64,000 bases of DNA from an uncultured Gemmatimonadales bacterium. Lineage in GTDB: Bacteria; Gemmatimonadota; Gemmatimonadetes; Longimicrobiales; RSA9. This document shows positions 23,484-33,803 of the stretch, one piece after another (position 1 is the first letter of the stretch; every line of letters starts with the position of its first letter). The DNA lies in contig CAWCRS010000005.1 in assembly GCA_963798085.1 (NCBI GenBank), forward strand, positions 672,001 to 736,000, read 5' to 3'. Below the pieces are notes generated by a model. It worked only from the letters and a program-made list of their open reading frames with translations. It searched no databases and was not told where the DNA came from. The position numbers were made by a program, and so were the translations under genes.

Positions 23484-23848
23484 TACTTCACCACAATCCT
23501 CCCCGACATGCCCGTCCCAGGCGCGCCGTGGAACGTGCAGTGGTACGGGAATTCACCAGCCTGCGTGAACTGATGCGTAAACGTCTGGTTCTTTCCCTTC
23601 GATCCGCTGTCCCAGATTCCCGTGTCCGACGTCGTGGTGTGCGCGATGCCGCCGTTGTTCGTCCACGTCACGGTCGTACCCACCGCGACCGTATCGACTT
23701 TCGGGCTGAAGAAGTCGTCGCCGATGCTGACGCTGGGCGTGCTGCCCGCCTGGAGTGGTTCCGTGGTGCTGCTGCTGCTGCATGCGATCCAGGCTGAAGC
23801 GATCAGGCTCACCGCGAGCAGCGTCCCTGCAGAAGACCTTCCACGCAT
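23483..23848 (-). CDS. Cupredoxin/plastocyanin-like lipoprotein
   Basis: Lipobox IAC; type-1 Cu ligands H..YHCTFH..M. Confidence 0.85.
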   Translation of the reverse strand: MRGRSSAGTLLAVSLIASAWIACSSSSTTEPLQAGSTPSVSIGDDFFSPKVDTVAVGTTVTWTNNGGIAHTTTSDTGIWDSGSKGKNQTFTHQFTQAGEFPYHCTFHGAPGTGMSGRIVVK

Positions 23849-24022
23849 AACTTCCTTCCTCGTTTGAAGGCACGCGCAGGAACTTCAAGTTAGGCAGTGC
23901 CGGCGCGTGCAGGTTCCGTTCCAAATACGAGCAGCGTGCTGCCTGTTCCTGATCCGCTGCGCCGCGAAACTCCGCCATTGCATGGGGCTTCGCCCCGTCG
24001 ATCACCCGGCCGACCCCCCGGC

Positions 24023-26137
24023 TCAGCGCGGAATCAGCGGCAGCCGAACGTGCGAGGGATGCGCCGCGTCGTGCAGCACGCGCTGGTGCGCGCTCACGTA
24101 CCGCGTTTCCCTCTCGTTGTCGCCGCCTGTGTTGAGATTGCGATCGTACTTGGGGAACGCCGCCGACGCGACGGTGACGCGCAGCCGGTGTCCGACCGGA
24201 ATCACGATACCGGTGAACCACAGATCGATGTCGTACCGGTAGATGCTGTCCGGAGTAACGGGCGAGGGCCGGTCGAAGCCATCGCGGAAGCGAGCGCGCA
24301 TGATGCCATCCTGTATGCGGAGCGCGCTTCCCTCCGGATCGACGTCGAGCAGCATCACGTTCCAGTCCGTGTCACGCGCATCGGTCGCCGCCCACAGCGT
24401 CGCGCTCATCGGACCGGTGATCTCCATCTCGCGCTCGAGCGGCGCCGTATTGAACACCAGCATGTCTTTGCGCTGTGCGTCCACCTGTGTGTAGTCCTCG
24501 TTCAGGCTCAGCTCCAGCTCGCGTGCATCAATGAGGTACGGCGTGGGGTTGCCGGGATCGTAGGTGAACGTGTCCACCGGCTCATCACCGGGGGCCTGTG
24601 TGTCCAGCGTGCCATCGCCGGCCGCCCCGTTGGCGTGACCGCGCGAGTGGATGAAGAAATCGGTGTACTGCGTGCGTTTGAGCGGCCACTCGTTTTCCCT
24701 GCGCCAGTGATTGTCACCCATGATGAAGATGTCGACGGGGGGCTCGCGGTTGACGCCGTTGTCGATGCCCTTGAGGTAGTGGTCGAACCAGCGCAGCTGG
24801 AGCATGCGCGTGTCGATGCGCGCTTCCGGGCCGAAGCTGCCGTTCACGTAGTCAATGCCCTTGTGCGCGCCCGCGTCCATGACCAGCCGCTGGAACGGAT
24901 GGCGCCCCAGCGTGTCCAGCCCGACGTAATTGCGTGTTGTGCCGCGCGCATCGTCGTGCCAGCCGGCCATGCCCAGCACCGGCACCTTCACGCGATTCAG
25001 GCGCGCCTCGATGCTGAGTCCTCGCCAGTAGTCGTCGAGCTGTTCGTGATCGAACCAGTCGTCCCAGAACTGCGGGCGGGGACAGCCCGCCTTCTCGGCG
25101 CTCTCGATGACGGGCAGGTGATTGAACGCGGTCACCACGTCCACATTGCTGATGTCCGACATGGTCTCGCGCACACCGGTGAGACACAGCCACGGCACAA
25201 TGGTGGGCGAGAAAACCATGTCGATGTAGGGCACGATGCGCAGCGGGTCCGCGGTGGCCACGGCGGGCGCGATCGCGGCAAGGTGCGGCGGCGCGGCGAT
25301 GGCTGCGTACCACGCGTAGAGCCCCGGGTTCGAGCGGCCGATCATGCCCACCTTGCCGTTGCTGCCCGGCAGGCGCGCCGCCCACTCGACCGCATCATAG
25401 CCATCACTCTCCTGCATTGCGTTCATGTCGAGCACGCCACCGGAACCGCCTCGCCCGCGCACATCCTGTTTCACGTAGAGGAAGCCGCGCGACGCCCAGA
25501 ACCTGCCCGCCGCGGTGTCGCCGCGCAGGTAGGGCGTGCGCTCCATCACCACACCGAACAGGCCGCTGGCCGCGGGTCGAGCGACAAAATTCATGAGCAC
25601 GGTGCCGTCGCGCGCCTTCATGGGCACGCTGGCATCGATGGTCACTCCGTACGTCGAGTCCGACACGTCGCCCGGCCATAACCGGTAGTCAGGCTCGTAT
25701 TCAGGAGGCGACGAACGCCGCACGAACCACATGCGCTGCGTGGCCGTGTCGGTCTGCCCGCGATAGATGCGTCCCGCGATCGTGTCGCCCGACACGCGTG
25801 CCCGTATCGTGGTGGCGCCCAGATCCAGAATCAGCGAGTCGCCCGACACCGTGAGCGCGCGAAGCCGCTCCATGCGTGTGCCGTTGCGGCGATTGATCCA
25901 CGCGCCCGCCACGTCGGCACTGTCGAAGTGCGCGAAGCCGAAACGCCGCCTCGCCTCGAAGCCGCCACTCGGCGCCGCGCCCAGCATGCGGTAGTAGTCC
26001 CAGTCACCAGGGAGCGCCGCCGCGGTGGCCGCACGATGGTCGCGCAGGCCGCACGCGCCGGCCGCCAGCACGAGTAACGCACCCACAATTCCGGTCCGGC
26101 CGCTGTGCCACACCGAACGCGATCGCTGTACGTGCAC
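24023..26137 (-). CDS. CocE/NonD family (peptidase S15) hydrolase, lipoprotein
   Basis: RTPY, QDVRGRGGSGG, DGYDAVEWAA, GRSNPG, GWHD, PepX-like C-terminal domain; AAGGAG RBS. Confidence 0.85.
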   Translation of the reverse strand: MHVQRSRSVWHSGRTGIVGALLVLAAGACGLRDHRAATAAALPGDWDYYRMLGAAPSGGFEARRRFGFAHFDSADVAGAWINRRNGTRMERLRALTVSGDSLILDLGATTIRARVSGDTIAGRIYRGQTDTATQRMWFVRRSSPPEYEPDYRLWPGDVSDSTYGVTIDASVPMKARDGTVLMNFVARPAASGLFGVVMERTPYLRGDTAAGRFWASRGFLYVKQDVRGRGGSGGVLDMNAMQESDGYDAVEWAARLPGSNGKVGMIGRSNPGLYAWYAAIAAPPHLAAIAPAVATADPLRIVPYIDMVFSPTIVPWLCLTGVRETMSDISNVDVVTAFNHLPVIESAEKAGCPRPQFWDDWFDHEQLDDYWRGLSIEARLNRVKVPVLGMAGWHDDARGTTRNYVGLDTLGRHPFQRLVMDAGAHKGIDYVNGSFGPEARIDTRMLQLRWFDHYLKGIDNGVNREPPVDIFIMGDNHWRRENEWPLKRTQYTDFFIHSRGHANGAAGDGTLDTQAPGDEPVDTFTYDPGNPTPYLIDARELELSLNEDYTQVDAQRKDMLVFNTAPLEREMEITGPMSATLWAATDARDTDWNVMLLDVDPEGSALRIQDGIMRARFRDGFDRPSPVTPDSIYRYDIDLWFTGIVIPVGHRLRVTVASAAFPKYDRNLNTGGDNERETRYVSAHQRVLHDAAHPSHVRLPLIPR

Positions 26138-26195
26138 GATGACACTCCTTGCGCGGGGTCGCCTGTCGACATCACGGGAATCTACCACTGTGTTA

Positions 26196-26885
26196 TCAAT
26201 GCCGCTGCGGTCCGGCCTGGCCGCGGTGGTACGCCGTATCCGCCGCGGCCAGGCGTTCGGCACGCTGGCGGATGCCGAGCAGCTGGCGCCGCACCATGAG
26301 AAACTCGGCCGGATCCAGCACGGTCATCAGCAGGGGCAGCTGCCAGTTCATCGGCAGGCGGGCACGCACGCGCGTAACCAGCCGGCTCTCGGTCGCGGAA
26401 ACGGAGTCAATGACGAACACCCAGGTTATGTGCGCTCCCGCCTGGCGCACGTCCAGCAATAACGCGCTGTCAGGGATGGCCACGGCCACTGGCCAGGCTG
26501 TACTGTTGCCCACCGGGATGCTGTCGCCGGGCGCGAGCTGCTGGAACGCCGGCAGCAGGGTGTCCGCGCTGGGTGCGTCGAGCACGCCGAACAGCCGGTC
26601 GAGGCCGTCGTAGCTGTAAAGGCCGCCGCGGCCCTTTCCCATCTGTGCCAGCCAGGGCCAAATGTGATGGGGCCGGGCGTGAATCGTGATGGCGCGTGTG
26701 GTTACCTCGAGCGGCCGCTGCACCAGGCTGTCGCCGGGCAGGGCGCCCGCAATCTCCGCGCGCGTGGCGCCCCAGTGCGCGTGCCAGGGCCGCAGCACGC
26801 TCACGTAAACAAGGAACAGAATGCAGGCGACGACACAGGTTCCAGCTGCGCGTCGCATCCAGCGACGTCCTCGCCGGGCCATCAT
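26196..26885 (-). CDS. Hypothetical protein (SRPBCC-like)
   Basis: WGAT..E..LPGD..TRAITI..WPWLAQMG.GRGGLYSYD. Confidence 0.7.
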   Translation of the reverse strand: MMARRGRRWMRRAAGTCVVACILFLVYVSVLRPWHAHWGATRAEIAGALPGDSLVQRPLEVTTRAITIHARPHHIWPWLAQMGKGRGGLYSYDGLDRLFGVLDAPSADTLLPAFQQLAPGDSIPVGNSTAWPVAVAIPDSALLLDVRQAGAHITWVFVIDSVSATESRLVTRVRARLPMNWQLPLLMTVLDPAEFLMVRRQLLGIRQRAERLAAADTAYHRGQAGPQRH

Positions 26886-26907
26886 GCCGCGGCCGGCGCG
26901 CGAGCGC

Positions 26908-27363
26908 TCATGGCTTGATGAAGTAACCCAGGCCTCGCCATTTGCCGTCGGATGCGCGTGACAGCGTCACGGTTTCGTTGAGCGTGCGGTCGCCCTTCAC
27001 GCGCACCTGATACTGGAACGTGACGCGCTCCGGTTCCTCCTGCTGCGCCGGATCGTTGGCCCAGACCGCACCGATGAGCCGGCGCTCGCCGAACGGCTCG
27101 TACGCGGACCTCGCCTGAGCCACGCCGCGCTCCCAGTCGGCCTGCGTGACCGCTTTCTGAAACGCCGGACTCGCCTGGCGCCAGCTTTCCGCGAAGCTGC
27201 CCTGGTCGAGCAATTTGAGCCACGCGGTCGCGGGCACCGCCGCCGCCGTGATGGCCGCCGCAGCACTGGCCGGTGTCGCCTGCGCGTGCAGTGCGGCGCG
27301 ATCGGTCGCAAGCCACGCCAGTAGACAACCCAGTGCCAGCGTCACCCGTCGTGCCCGCTCCAT
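26908..27363 (-). CDS. DUF4019-like secreted protein
   Basis: AWLKLLDQGSFAESW..ETVTL..DGKWRGLGYFIK; GGAG RBS. Confidence 0.8.
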   Translation of the reverse strand: MERARRVTLALGCLLAWLATDRAALHAQATPASAAAAITAAAVPATAWLKLLDQGSFAESWRQASPAFQKAVTQADWERGVAQARSAYEPFGERRLIGAVWANDPAQQEEPERVTFQYQVRVKGDRTLNETVTLSRASDGKWRGLGYFIKP

Positions 27364-27496
27364 GTCGGCCTCTCCTCAGCTGCGGATGGTGTACGCAGAC
27401 TGACGATGCATCGTCGCCTGCAATCCGTGAACACCGTGTTTGCGCGTTCTTCCACACCGTTCACTTCGCCGCGCCCCTGGTCCGTCCCCGGCCGTG

Positions 27497-28450
27497 TCAG
27501 GGAACGGGGCGCCACTCGAGCGCCGCGCGGTCCCAGCCGCCGAGACCCGATGCGGCTTCCCACGTGCTCTGCAGGAAGCGCTGCACCATGGCATCGGGAT
27601 CGGCGGCGCGGCGCACGGCCTCGTACGGCAGAATCCATTCGTGCATCGCGGTGTCCCAGTACGCGGCGTCCGGCCGCACGGGCGCGGCGGGGCAGCCGGG
27701 CGGCTCCGGGTAGGCGTACGCATAGAACGCCGGCTCCGCGACGGGGCTTCCGACGCTGCCCGGCCACCAGCCGGCGCTGATGCATTCATGCGAGTAGGCT
27801 TCGCGCGTGACGCGATCGGGGAGGTTGGGGAAACCACCGGGATGCGGCGGCGCCCTGCGCCCGCTGAAGCGCGTGCACGCCAGATCGAACCCACCCCACC
27901 AGAAATGCGAGGGGCTGCACTTGCCGACGAAGCGGCCGCGGAACTGTTTGAACAGCCGGTCCACCTGCAGCAGGATGCGCCAGCAGCGCTGCACCGCGTC
28001 CGCATCGTACGCGCTGTGCACGTGGTCTTCGTTGAAGGCCAGCGTATCGGGCATCTCCGAGGGAACGGGGCGGATGCTGACCTCGATGTCGAGCGATCGC
28101 AGCAGCGCGAACCAGGCCGCATGGAAATCGGCCACCGATTGGGCAGCGAGCGGCAGCGCCGCCACGCGGCCATCACTCGTGCGCACGTCCAGCTGGTGTC
28201 CGACGAAATCGAATTCCGCCTCGAAGCTGCGCTCGCCATACGGCACAGGCGAGGTGGTGAGTCCGCGTGCGCTCAGGTAGAGTGTGACCTGCCACCAGTG
28301 GTTCTGCATGGGCGCCAGGGCGAGCCGCGTTTTGCCCACGATCTGCAGCTTGCGCTGCAGCGCGGAGCAGGTTTCCTGCCACGCGGCCAGTGGAAGAGGC
28401 GGCCATGCCGTCGTGTCTGCAGGCTCTATTTCAGGTTTCGCGGTCGTCAT
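27497..28450 (-). CDS. DUF5996-like protein
   Basis: WPPLP..QIVGKTRL..NHWW..HFWWGGFDLACTRFSGR..EAYSHE..GWWPG. Confidence 0.85.
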   Translation of the reverse strand: MTTAKPEIEPADTTAWPPLPLAAWQETCSALQRKLQIVGKTRLALAPMQNHWWQVTLYLSARGLTTSPVPYGERSFEAEFDFVGHQLDVRTSDGRVAALPLAAQSVADFHAAWFALLRSLDIEVSIRPVPSEMPDTLAFNEDHVHSAYDADAVQRCWRILLQVDRLFKQFRGRFVGKCSPSHFWWGGFDLACTRFSGRRAPPHPGGFPNLPDRVTREAYSHECISAGWWPGSVGSPVAEPAFYAYAYPEPPGCPAAPVRPDAAYWDTAMHEWILPYEAVRRAADPDAMVQRFLQSTWEAASGLGGWDRAALEWRPVP

Positions 28451-28774
28451 GCGGCGCTGATCGGCTGGTGTCTGTGAGCCGGCACCAGGTTCGGGCCGGA
28501 CGCCGGAATATGCGACCGGCCCGCCGCCACCGCCAACGCTCCGCCCGCGCCCGGGCATGGGCAGCCGGACGCAGCGACCCGAGTACGCTGTTAGCCCTCG
28601 GCGCGGGCGGCGCTTGCCGGCGAGGGCGCGCGCATCGAGATTGTGTATCCAGCCATGCCTTGCGGGAAGCGCGCAGGCTTCCCGCCAATCCGCAGCCGCG
28701 CACATCGTGCTTTCCTGCCGGGTAGCTGGCCCCGGAGCCGAGCCGCGCCTGTGCCATCCACGTGTGGTGAACGC

Positions 28775-29695
28775 ATGAAAGCCGGACAGGGAAGCCGCAC
28801 ATGCCTGATGCTGCTCGTCACGCTTGCTCTCGCCGCGTCGAACGGGCGCGCCGCCGCGCAGGACGAAGCCGCGTTGCGCACAGCCTTCGAAGGCAGGACC
28901 ATCCGCGTGCGCATCGACATGCCGGCCACCAGCCGCGGCATTGATGTCTACCCGCAGGACGCCATACCTGTGGATTTCCGCGAGGTCGCGCAGCGCCTGA
29001 AGGACAACGGCACGGCGCTGCACATCGGCCAGCAGGTCATGATCACCAAGGTGCTGGTGAAGAACGACTCGCACGTCGAGTTCCAGCTGGGCGGCGGCGG
29101 TTATGGCACCTTCGGCGACGCGCTGTCCAGCAGTCCGCAGGCTAACGCCGTGCATGCGGGCGAAACGGCGGAAGAGAAAGCCCTGCGCGATTCCATCAAG
29201 TCGACGAACGACAATGCCCGGCGCAGGACGCTGCAGCGCGCCCTGGATGACCGGCGCTCGGAACGCGAGCGCGAGAACGCGCGTGCCGAGGCGGAAGCAC
29301 GCCAGGCCAACGAGGCGAGGGAAGCGAACCTGCGGAGCAAGCGGGCGGAGAGCGGCAGTCGCTTCAACATCCGCTTCCACAATGGCATTCCTGACGATGC
29401 GCTCACGCCGGAAGGCGTGGTACGCGCGCTTTCGGAGTACATCGACTTCGGTGCGCTGCCGGCCGCGGGTGCGGCAGCCGGCGACGCGGCTCCTCGCGCC
29501 TCCGGCGTGGGCGCACTGCGCAAGGGACTGCTGCTGCAGGAAGTCGAGGCCATGCTGGGTCCGGCGACCACGGCCAATGAGACGAAGGAAGGCTCACTGA
29601 CCGTGCAGAACCGGACCTACACGCGCGACGGCCTCGTGGTCACGGCCCGCTTCGTGTTCGACGTCCTGATAGACTTTTCCATCCGGCCGCAGTGA
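28775..29695 (+). CDS. Secreted hypothetical protein
   Basis: Signal peptide, IDMPAT, QLGGGGYGT, coiled coil, LRKGL..VE..LG tail. Confidence 0.7.
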   Translation: MKAGQGSRTCLMLLVTLALAASNGRAAAQDEAALRTAFEGRTIRVRIDMPATSRGIDVYPQDAIPVDFREVAQRLKDNGTALHIGQQVMITKVLVKNDSHVEFQLGGGGYGTFGDALSSSPQANAVHAGETAEEKALRDSIKSTNDNARRRTLQRALDDRRSERERENARAEAEARQANEAREANLRSKRAESGSRFNIRFHNGIPDDALTPEGVVRALSEYIDFGALPAAGAAAGDAAPRASGVGALRKGLLLQEVEAMLGPATTANETKEGSLTVQNRTYTRDGLVVTARFVFDVLIDFSIRPQ

Positions 29696-29710
29696 CGCGC
29701 TGACGCGGCC

Positions 29711-30654
29711 TCAGATTTCGTCGCGCAACACCCGGTCGGGATCCACGCGCGCCGCGCGCACCGCTGGAATCAGCGAGGCGAGCAGCGCGGCGCCTCCCAG
29801 CACACCGGCGGACGTCAGGAACGCAACCGGATCCTGTGCGCCAATGCCGAAGATGTAGCTGCGCAGGTAGCGCGTAAGCACGAGGCCCAGGCCGGTGCCG
29901 GCCGCGATGCCGATCGCTGCCGTGAGTGCGGCATTGCGCAGGAACAGACTTAGCACGGCCGGACCCGGTGCGCCCAGCGCCCGGCGAATGCCCATTTCGC
30001 GTAAACGCCGTGTTACCGCGTCGTTCGCGGTTGCGCAGGTACCCACCGCCGCGAGCAGCAGCGCGAGCAACGCCAGGCTGCCCAGCAGACTCGTCAGGCA
30101 ACGCGCTTCCGCCGTCGTCGCTGCCAGCCGCTCGTGCATCGTCTCGCTGCGGTCGACCGGCGTCCCGTTCCCCACTTCCGCCACAAGCGACCGGATCGAC
30201 CGCGCCGGCGCAGACATGCCGGGGTCGAGCCGTAGGGTCAGGATGCAGCGCGGTGCCGGGCTCTCTGCGCCTCGGTCCCCTGCCCGGGCCCGCGCTGGCT
30301 CACGTCCGCCACCACGCCAATGATCTCGCGCATTGGCGCATTCGACCTGCCGAACCGCAGCCGCCTGCCCACGGGATTCGACACGTTGGGAAACACCGCG
30401 CGCGCCGCCGCCTGATTGATGATGATCGCGAGCGGATCCTGCGCACGCACGTCGTCCGGGAAGCGTCGCCCTTCGAGCAGCCAGAAGCGCAGCACACCCG
30501 CGAGCGACCGGCGCCGCGCGGCGTCCCGATGGCGCGCGTCGAGGGTCGAAACCAGATCGTCGCCCATCGCATCCCGGAACGACGCGGGATAAATGCGCAG
30601 CAGCAGGCGCAGCAGGGCCCGCACCCGGCCACCCCTGACATCGCGTTCAGGCAT
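29711..30654 (-). pseudogene. Internally deleted ADOP permease #2
   Basis: N-terminal prefix (LLRIYPASFRDAMGDD) joined directly to second-half periplasmic motifs (LEGRRF..IIINQ); frameshift before the last TMs. Confidence 0.8.
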
Positions 30655-30656
30655 GG

Positions 30657-31019
30657 CTACCGCCGGCCCTCCGCCAACCTGCGGATGCGCCGGCTGCGCG
30701 ACAGGGCCAGGATGCGCCGTGCCTCGGCAGTGATCACCACGCGGCCCAGCGGCGTCAGCCGGAAATATCGGCGCCGCGCATCATCCTCGGATTCGTGGGG
30801 CCGCTGCCCCGACGCCTCGACCAGTCCATCCTCCAGCAGACGGCGCAGCTTGCGATACAGCAGGCTGGGCGCCATGCCGATGCCCCTGGCTTCAATCGCT
30901 TTCACGATGGCGTAGCCGTGCAGCTCCGCGGCTTCCAGCGCGAGCAGCACCTCGAACACATCCGGCTTGAGCGGCAGAAACGCGTCGGCGTCGCTACGTG
31001 CGGGCGTGGTCCCGGTCAT
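30657..31019 (-). CDS. PadR family transcriptional regulator
   Basis: FLPLKPDVFEVLLAL..HGYAI..LY..DARRRYFRLTPLG; AGGAGG RBS. Confidence 0.9.
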   Translation of the reverse strand: MTGTTPARSDADAFLPLKPDVFEVLLALEAAELHGYAIVKAIEARGIGMAPSLLYRKLRRLLEDGLVEASGQRPHESEDDARRRYFRLTPLGRVVITAEARRILALSRSRRIRRLAEGRR

Positions 31020-31047
31020 GGCCGCCTCCTGTCGTCAGCACCCTCTC

Positions 31048-31075
31048 AGTCTATAGACTTTTTGTCAATAGTGAC
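31048..31075. promoter_or_regulatory. Palindromes upstream of PadR
   Basis: agtctatagact (31048-31059) and gtca-atag-tgac (31064-31075) in an AT-rich 60-bp spacer. Confidence 0.45.
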
Positions 31076-31079
31076 GCGG

Positions 31080-33803
31080 TCAGCGCGCGCAGGCTGCGCG
31101 TTCGCCCAGCTCGTGCAGGGATCGCGTCCAGTCCTCAGGCGAGAGCACCGCGCGCAGTCGCGCGCAGGTCGTGGTCGTCATGTCTCCGGCGGTGAGTGGC
31201 CAGACGCGCAGCGTGCCATCGATGGCGCCGGTGACCAGCCAGCGCGGCTTGCGCGCGGGTACGAAGATCGCCGCGCCCACCTCGCCATCGTGGTGGAGCG
31301 TATCGAAGACGCGCGATTCCGAGAGGCTGGTGAGCTGCATGCCGCCGGCCGTGGGGGTAGCCGACCAGGCGCTGTCCGAGCTGATCAGCGCGTCCGGCTG
31401 CTTCAGCGCCACGGCCGGCCAGGCGAGGGATTGCGCTGCCAGCTCGACATGCTGCGTCGGTTGCAGTTTCCTGGGCGTGCTGTCGCGTGGCAGGTAGAAG
31501 CCGCGGGCCACATCCTGCTGCTCGTGGTACTGCGATGCGATCTCGGCCGCGGTCGACAGGTCCCAGACGCGCGTTCGTGTGGGCCGCAGCAGGCCAATGC
31601 CGCGCGTGAATTGCGGCGCTGTGACCGTCGCGATGCGGTTGCCATCCGGGCTCACGCGGATGTCCTGCACACTGCCCTCAAGCTCGACGCGCAGCGCCTC
31701 GTGCCAGTCGGCGGAGGAAAGCACACGGATGCGCCCGTATCCGCTCATGGCGATCAGCCAGCGCGCCGACGCGTCGAATGTCAGCCACGCGATGTCGTCA
31801 GCGAACGCGATCTCCGTGGCAGGCGACCAGGTGCCCACATCAATGACGTGCAGTGTCCCGCCGGTGGCAAACAGCGCATTGCGTCCATCCGGGCTCATCA
31901 AAGCCATTGTGATAGGCGCGCCCAGCGGCAGCTGTTTGCGCTCCGTCCACAATGCGGCATCGAGCACGTGCACCGTGCCGGAATCCGTGGCGGCGGCCAC
32001 CCAATCCGGGGCCGCGCTCTGCAGCAGCGCGCGGATCCCGCCGATCAGCTTCACGCGCGCCACATCGCCGCCTGCGGCGAGCGGCCACAGCACGACGTTC
32101 CCGGCGCTGTCCTCGCCTGCCACGAACCGGCTGTCAGGACTCACCGTCATGGCGACGGTCGCGACCGGGATGATGGTGGCTTCGGCCAGCGCCAGACCGC
32201 ACAGAATGGCAATGGCATGGCCGCCTGTGGCGAAGCAGACGCTGTCGCGGCCCGCCACCGGGGCGATGGAGTGCAGCGTGAGCGGCTTGCGCGCCACGCG
32301 CTCGAGCGTGCTTTGACCCGGAGCGGTTCGCGTGCGCCACAGCTCGAGGCCCTGCCCGGCCGTAGCCAGCAGGTCGCCGTCGGGCGCGAAGGCCATGCCC
32401 CATACCAGTCCGCCGATACCGGCCTGTGCTAATGCTTTGTCAGGCGCCATTCCCGTCCAGAGGCTCAGAGTCGAGCCGCCGGCCACGGCCACAACGTCGC
32501 CATCCGGACTGAAGGCCACGCTGAAGATGGACGATGCCGCGTGCGCAAATGTCCCGAGCGGCTGCCGCGAGCGCGCGTCGTAGAGGTATGCGTCGTTGGC
32601 ACCGTAGCTCGCGGTCGCCAGACGGCGGCCGTCCGGCGAATAAGCCGCGGACCACAGCATCGAGCCCTGGCGAGGAAGCCTTGCGAGGAGCGCGCCGCTG
32701 GCGGGATCGACGATGCACGCCTCCAGCTGGCAGCCCACGAGCAGCCGAGCGCCATCGGGGCTGAACGCGAGTGTCGTCCGGCCTGCCGCGCTGCGTGCCG
32801 CCGCAATGGTGCGCAGCAGGCGACCGCTCCCTGCATCCAGGATCTGCACGATGCTGGCGCCATCCGCTTCCGCGAGCAGCTTCCCGTCCGGACTGAACGC
32901 CAGCACTCTGGCGTGTTCACTGGTGGCAGCGGATCCGCCATCATGCGGCAGCTGCTGGCGCCAGAGCGGCGCTCGGGGCGCGAGGCCCATCATTCGCATC
33001 AGAGAGATCTCGCCATTCACGGTAGGCGAGGCGCGCAATGAAGCCACCGCGAGGAGCGTCGCCCGCACCCAACCCTCGCCCGTCTCGTCGAACGCCAGTC
33101 GCGACTGCACTTCGTACTGTCCTGCTAACGCGAGATTGCGCTGGCGGATTGCCTCGGCGCGGGAGAGCAGGGCCCAGATCGCGAGGGCGCTCAGCGCCGT
33201 GATGATGCCGGTCACACCGGAGGCGACGATGCGCCGCAGCCTCGCCGCGCGTTTCTGCTCACGCTGCTCGACCTGGCCCCGGTCGACGCCGTGTTCCGCG
33301 TACAGGTCGGCCAGCAGCTTGAACCATGCTGGCGCGAACCGGCCCTTCTGCAGCCTGTCCGACTTCGCGCTGAAGCCGCGATAATCACTGGCCAGCGGCA
33401 TGGGCAGCCGGCGCAGCAGCTCCTCCGGAAACGCCTTGCGATCCGCGTCGGCCGGCCCGGCATCATTGTTGGGAACGCCGTCCACCAGCACCGCGATGAT
33501 GTGGTCGCTGCCGTGCAGCTCGGCGAAGCGCCGGATCTCATCGCTGACGTACGCGCTGGCTGCAGCGGCGGGCGAGCAGAGCACGATGAGCTTGGCGGAC
33601 GCGCGCAGGTTGCGCTCGAGCGACGCATGGTACTCGACGCCGGAGAAGTCGGACTCGTCACGGAACACGCGCAGCCGGCGCTGCGGCACGGCGAGGTCGC
33701 GGGGCGGGCGGTAGGCATCGAGGGCCGCCTCGAAGCGGCGCGCGAAATCCGCGTCGCGCCGGGAGTAGCTGATGAACGCGTCGTAACCGGATTCCTCTGT
33801 CAC
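31080..33803 (-). CDS. TIR domain - TM - WD40 repeat protein
   Basis: YDAFISYSRRD, VFRD, IVLCSP..S.YVSDEI; one TM; many AFSPDG WD40 blades; no P-loop seen. Confidence 0.85.
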   Translation of the reverse strand: MTEESGYDAFISYSRRDADFARRFEAALDAYRPPRDLAVPQRRLRVFRDESDFSGVEYHASLERNLRASAKLIVLCSPAAAASAYVSDEIRRFAELHGSDHIIAVLVDGVPNNDAGPADADRKAFPEELLRRLPMPLASDYRGFSAKSDRLQKGRFAPAWFKLLADLYAEHGVDRGQVEQREQKRAARLRRIVASGVTGIITALSALAIWALLSRAEAIRQRNLALAGQYEVQSRLAFDETGEGWVRATLLAVASLRASPTVNGEISLMRMMGLAPRAPLWRQQLPHDGGSAATSEHARVLAFSPDGKLLAEADGASIVQILDAGSGRLLRTIAAARSAAGRTTLAFSPDGARLLVGCQLEACIVDPASGALLARLPRQGSMLWSAAYSPDGRRLATASYGANDAYLYDARSRQPLGTFAHAASSIFSVAFSPDGDVVAVAGGSTLSLWTGMAPDKALAQAGIGGLVWGMAFAPDGDLLATAGQGLELWRTRTAPGQSTLERVARKPLTLHSIAPVAGRDSVCFATGGHAIAILCGLALAEATIIPVATVAMTVSPDSRFVAGEDSAGNVVLWPLAAGGDVARVKLIGGIRALLQSAAPDWVAAATDSGTVHVLDAALWTERKQLPLGAPITMALMSPDGRNALFATGGTLHVIDVGTWSPATEIAFADDIAWLTFDASARWLIAMSGYGRIRVLSSADWHEALRVELEGSVQDIRVSPDGNRIATVTAPQFTRGIGLLRPTRTRVWDLSTAAEIASQYHEQQDVARGFYLPRDSTPRKLQPTQHVELAAQSLAWPAVALKQPDALISSDSAWSATPTAGGMQLTSLSESRVFDTLHHDGEVGAAIFVPARKPRWLVTGAIDGTLRVWPLTAGDMTTTTCARLRAVLSPEDWTRSLHELGERAACAR

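Noticed and set aside
27497..29380. 627-aa DUF5996 protein
   Set aside because: The 5' half is antisense to the 28775..29695 gene; family-like sequence starts at 28450
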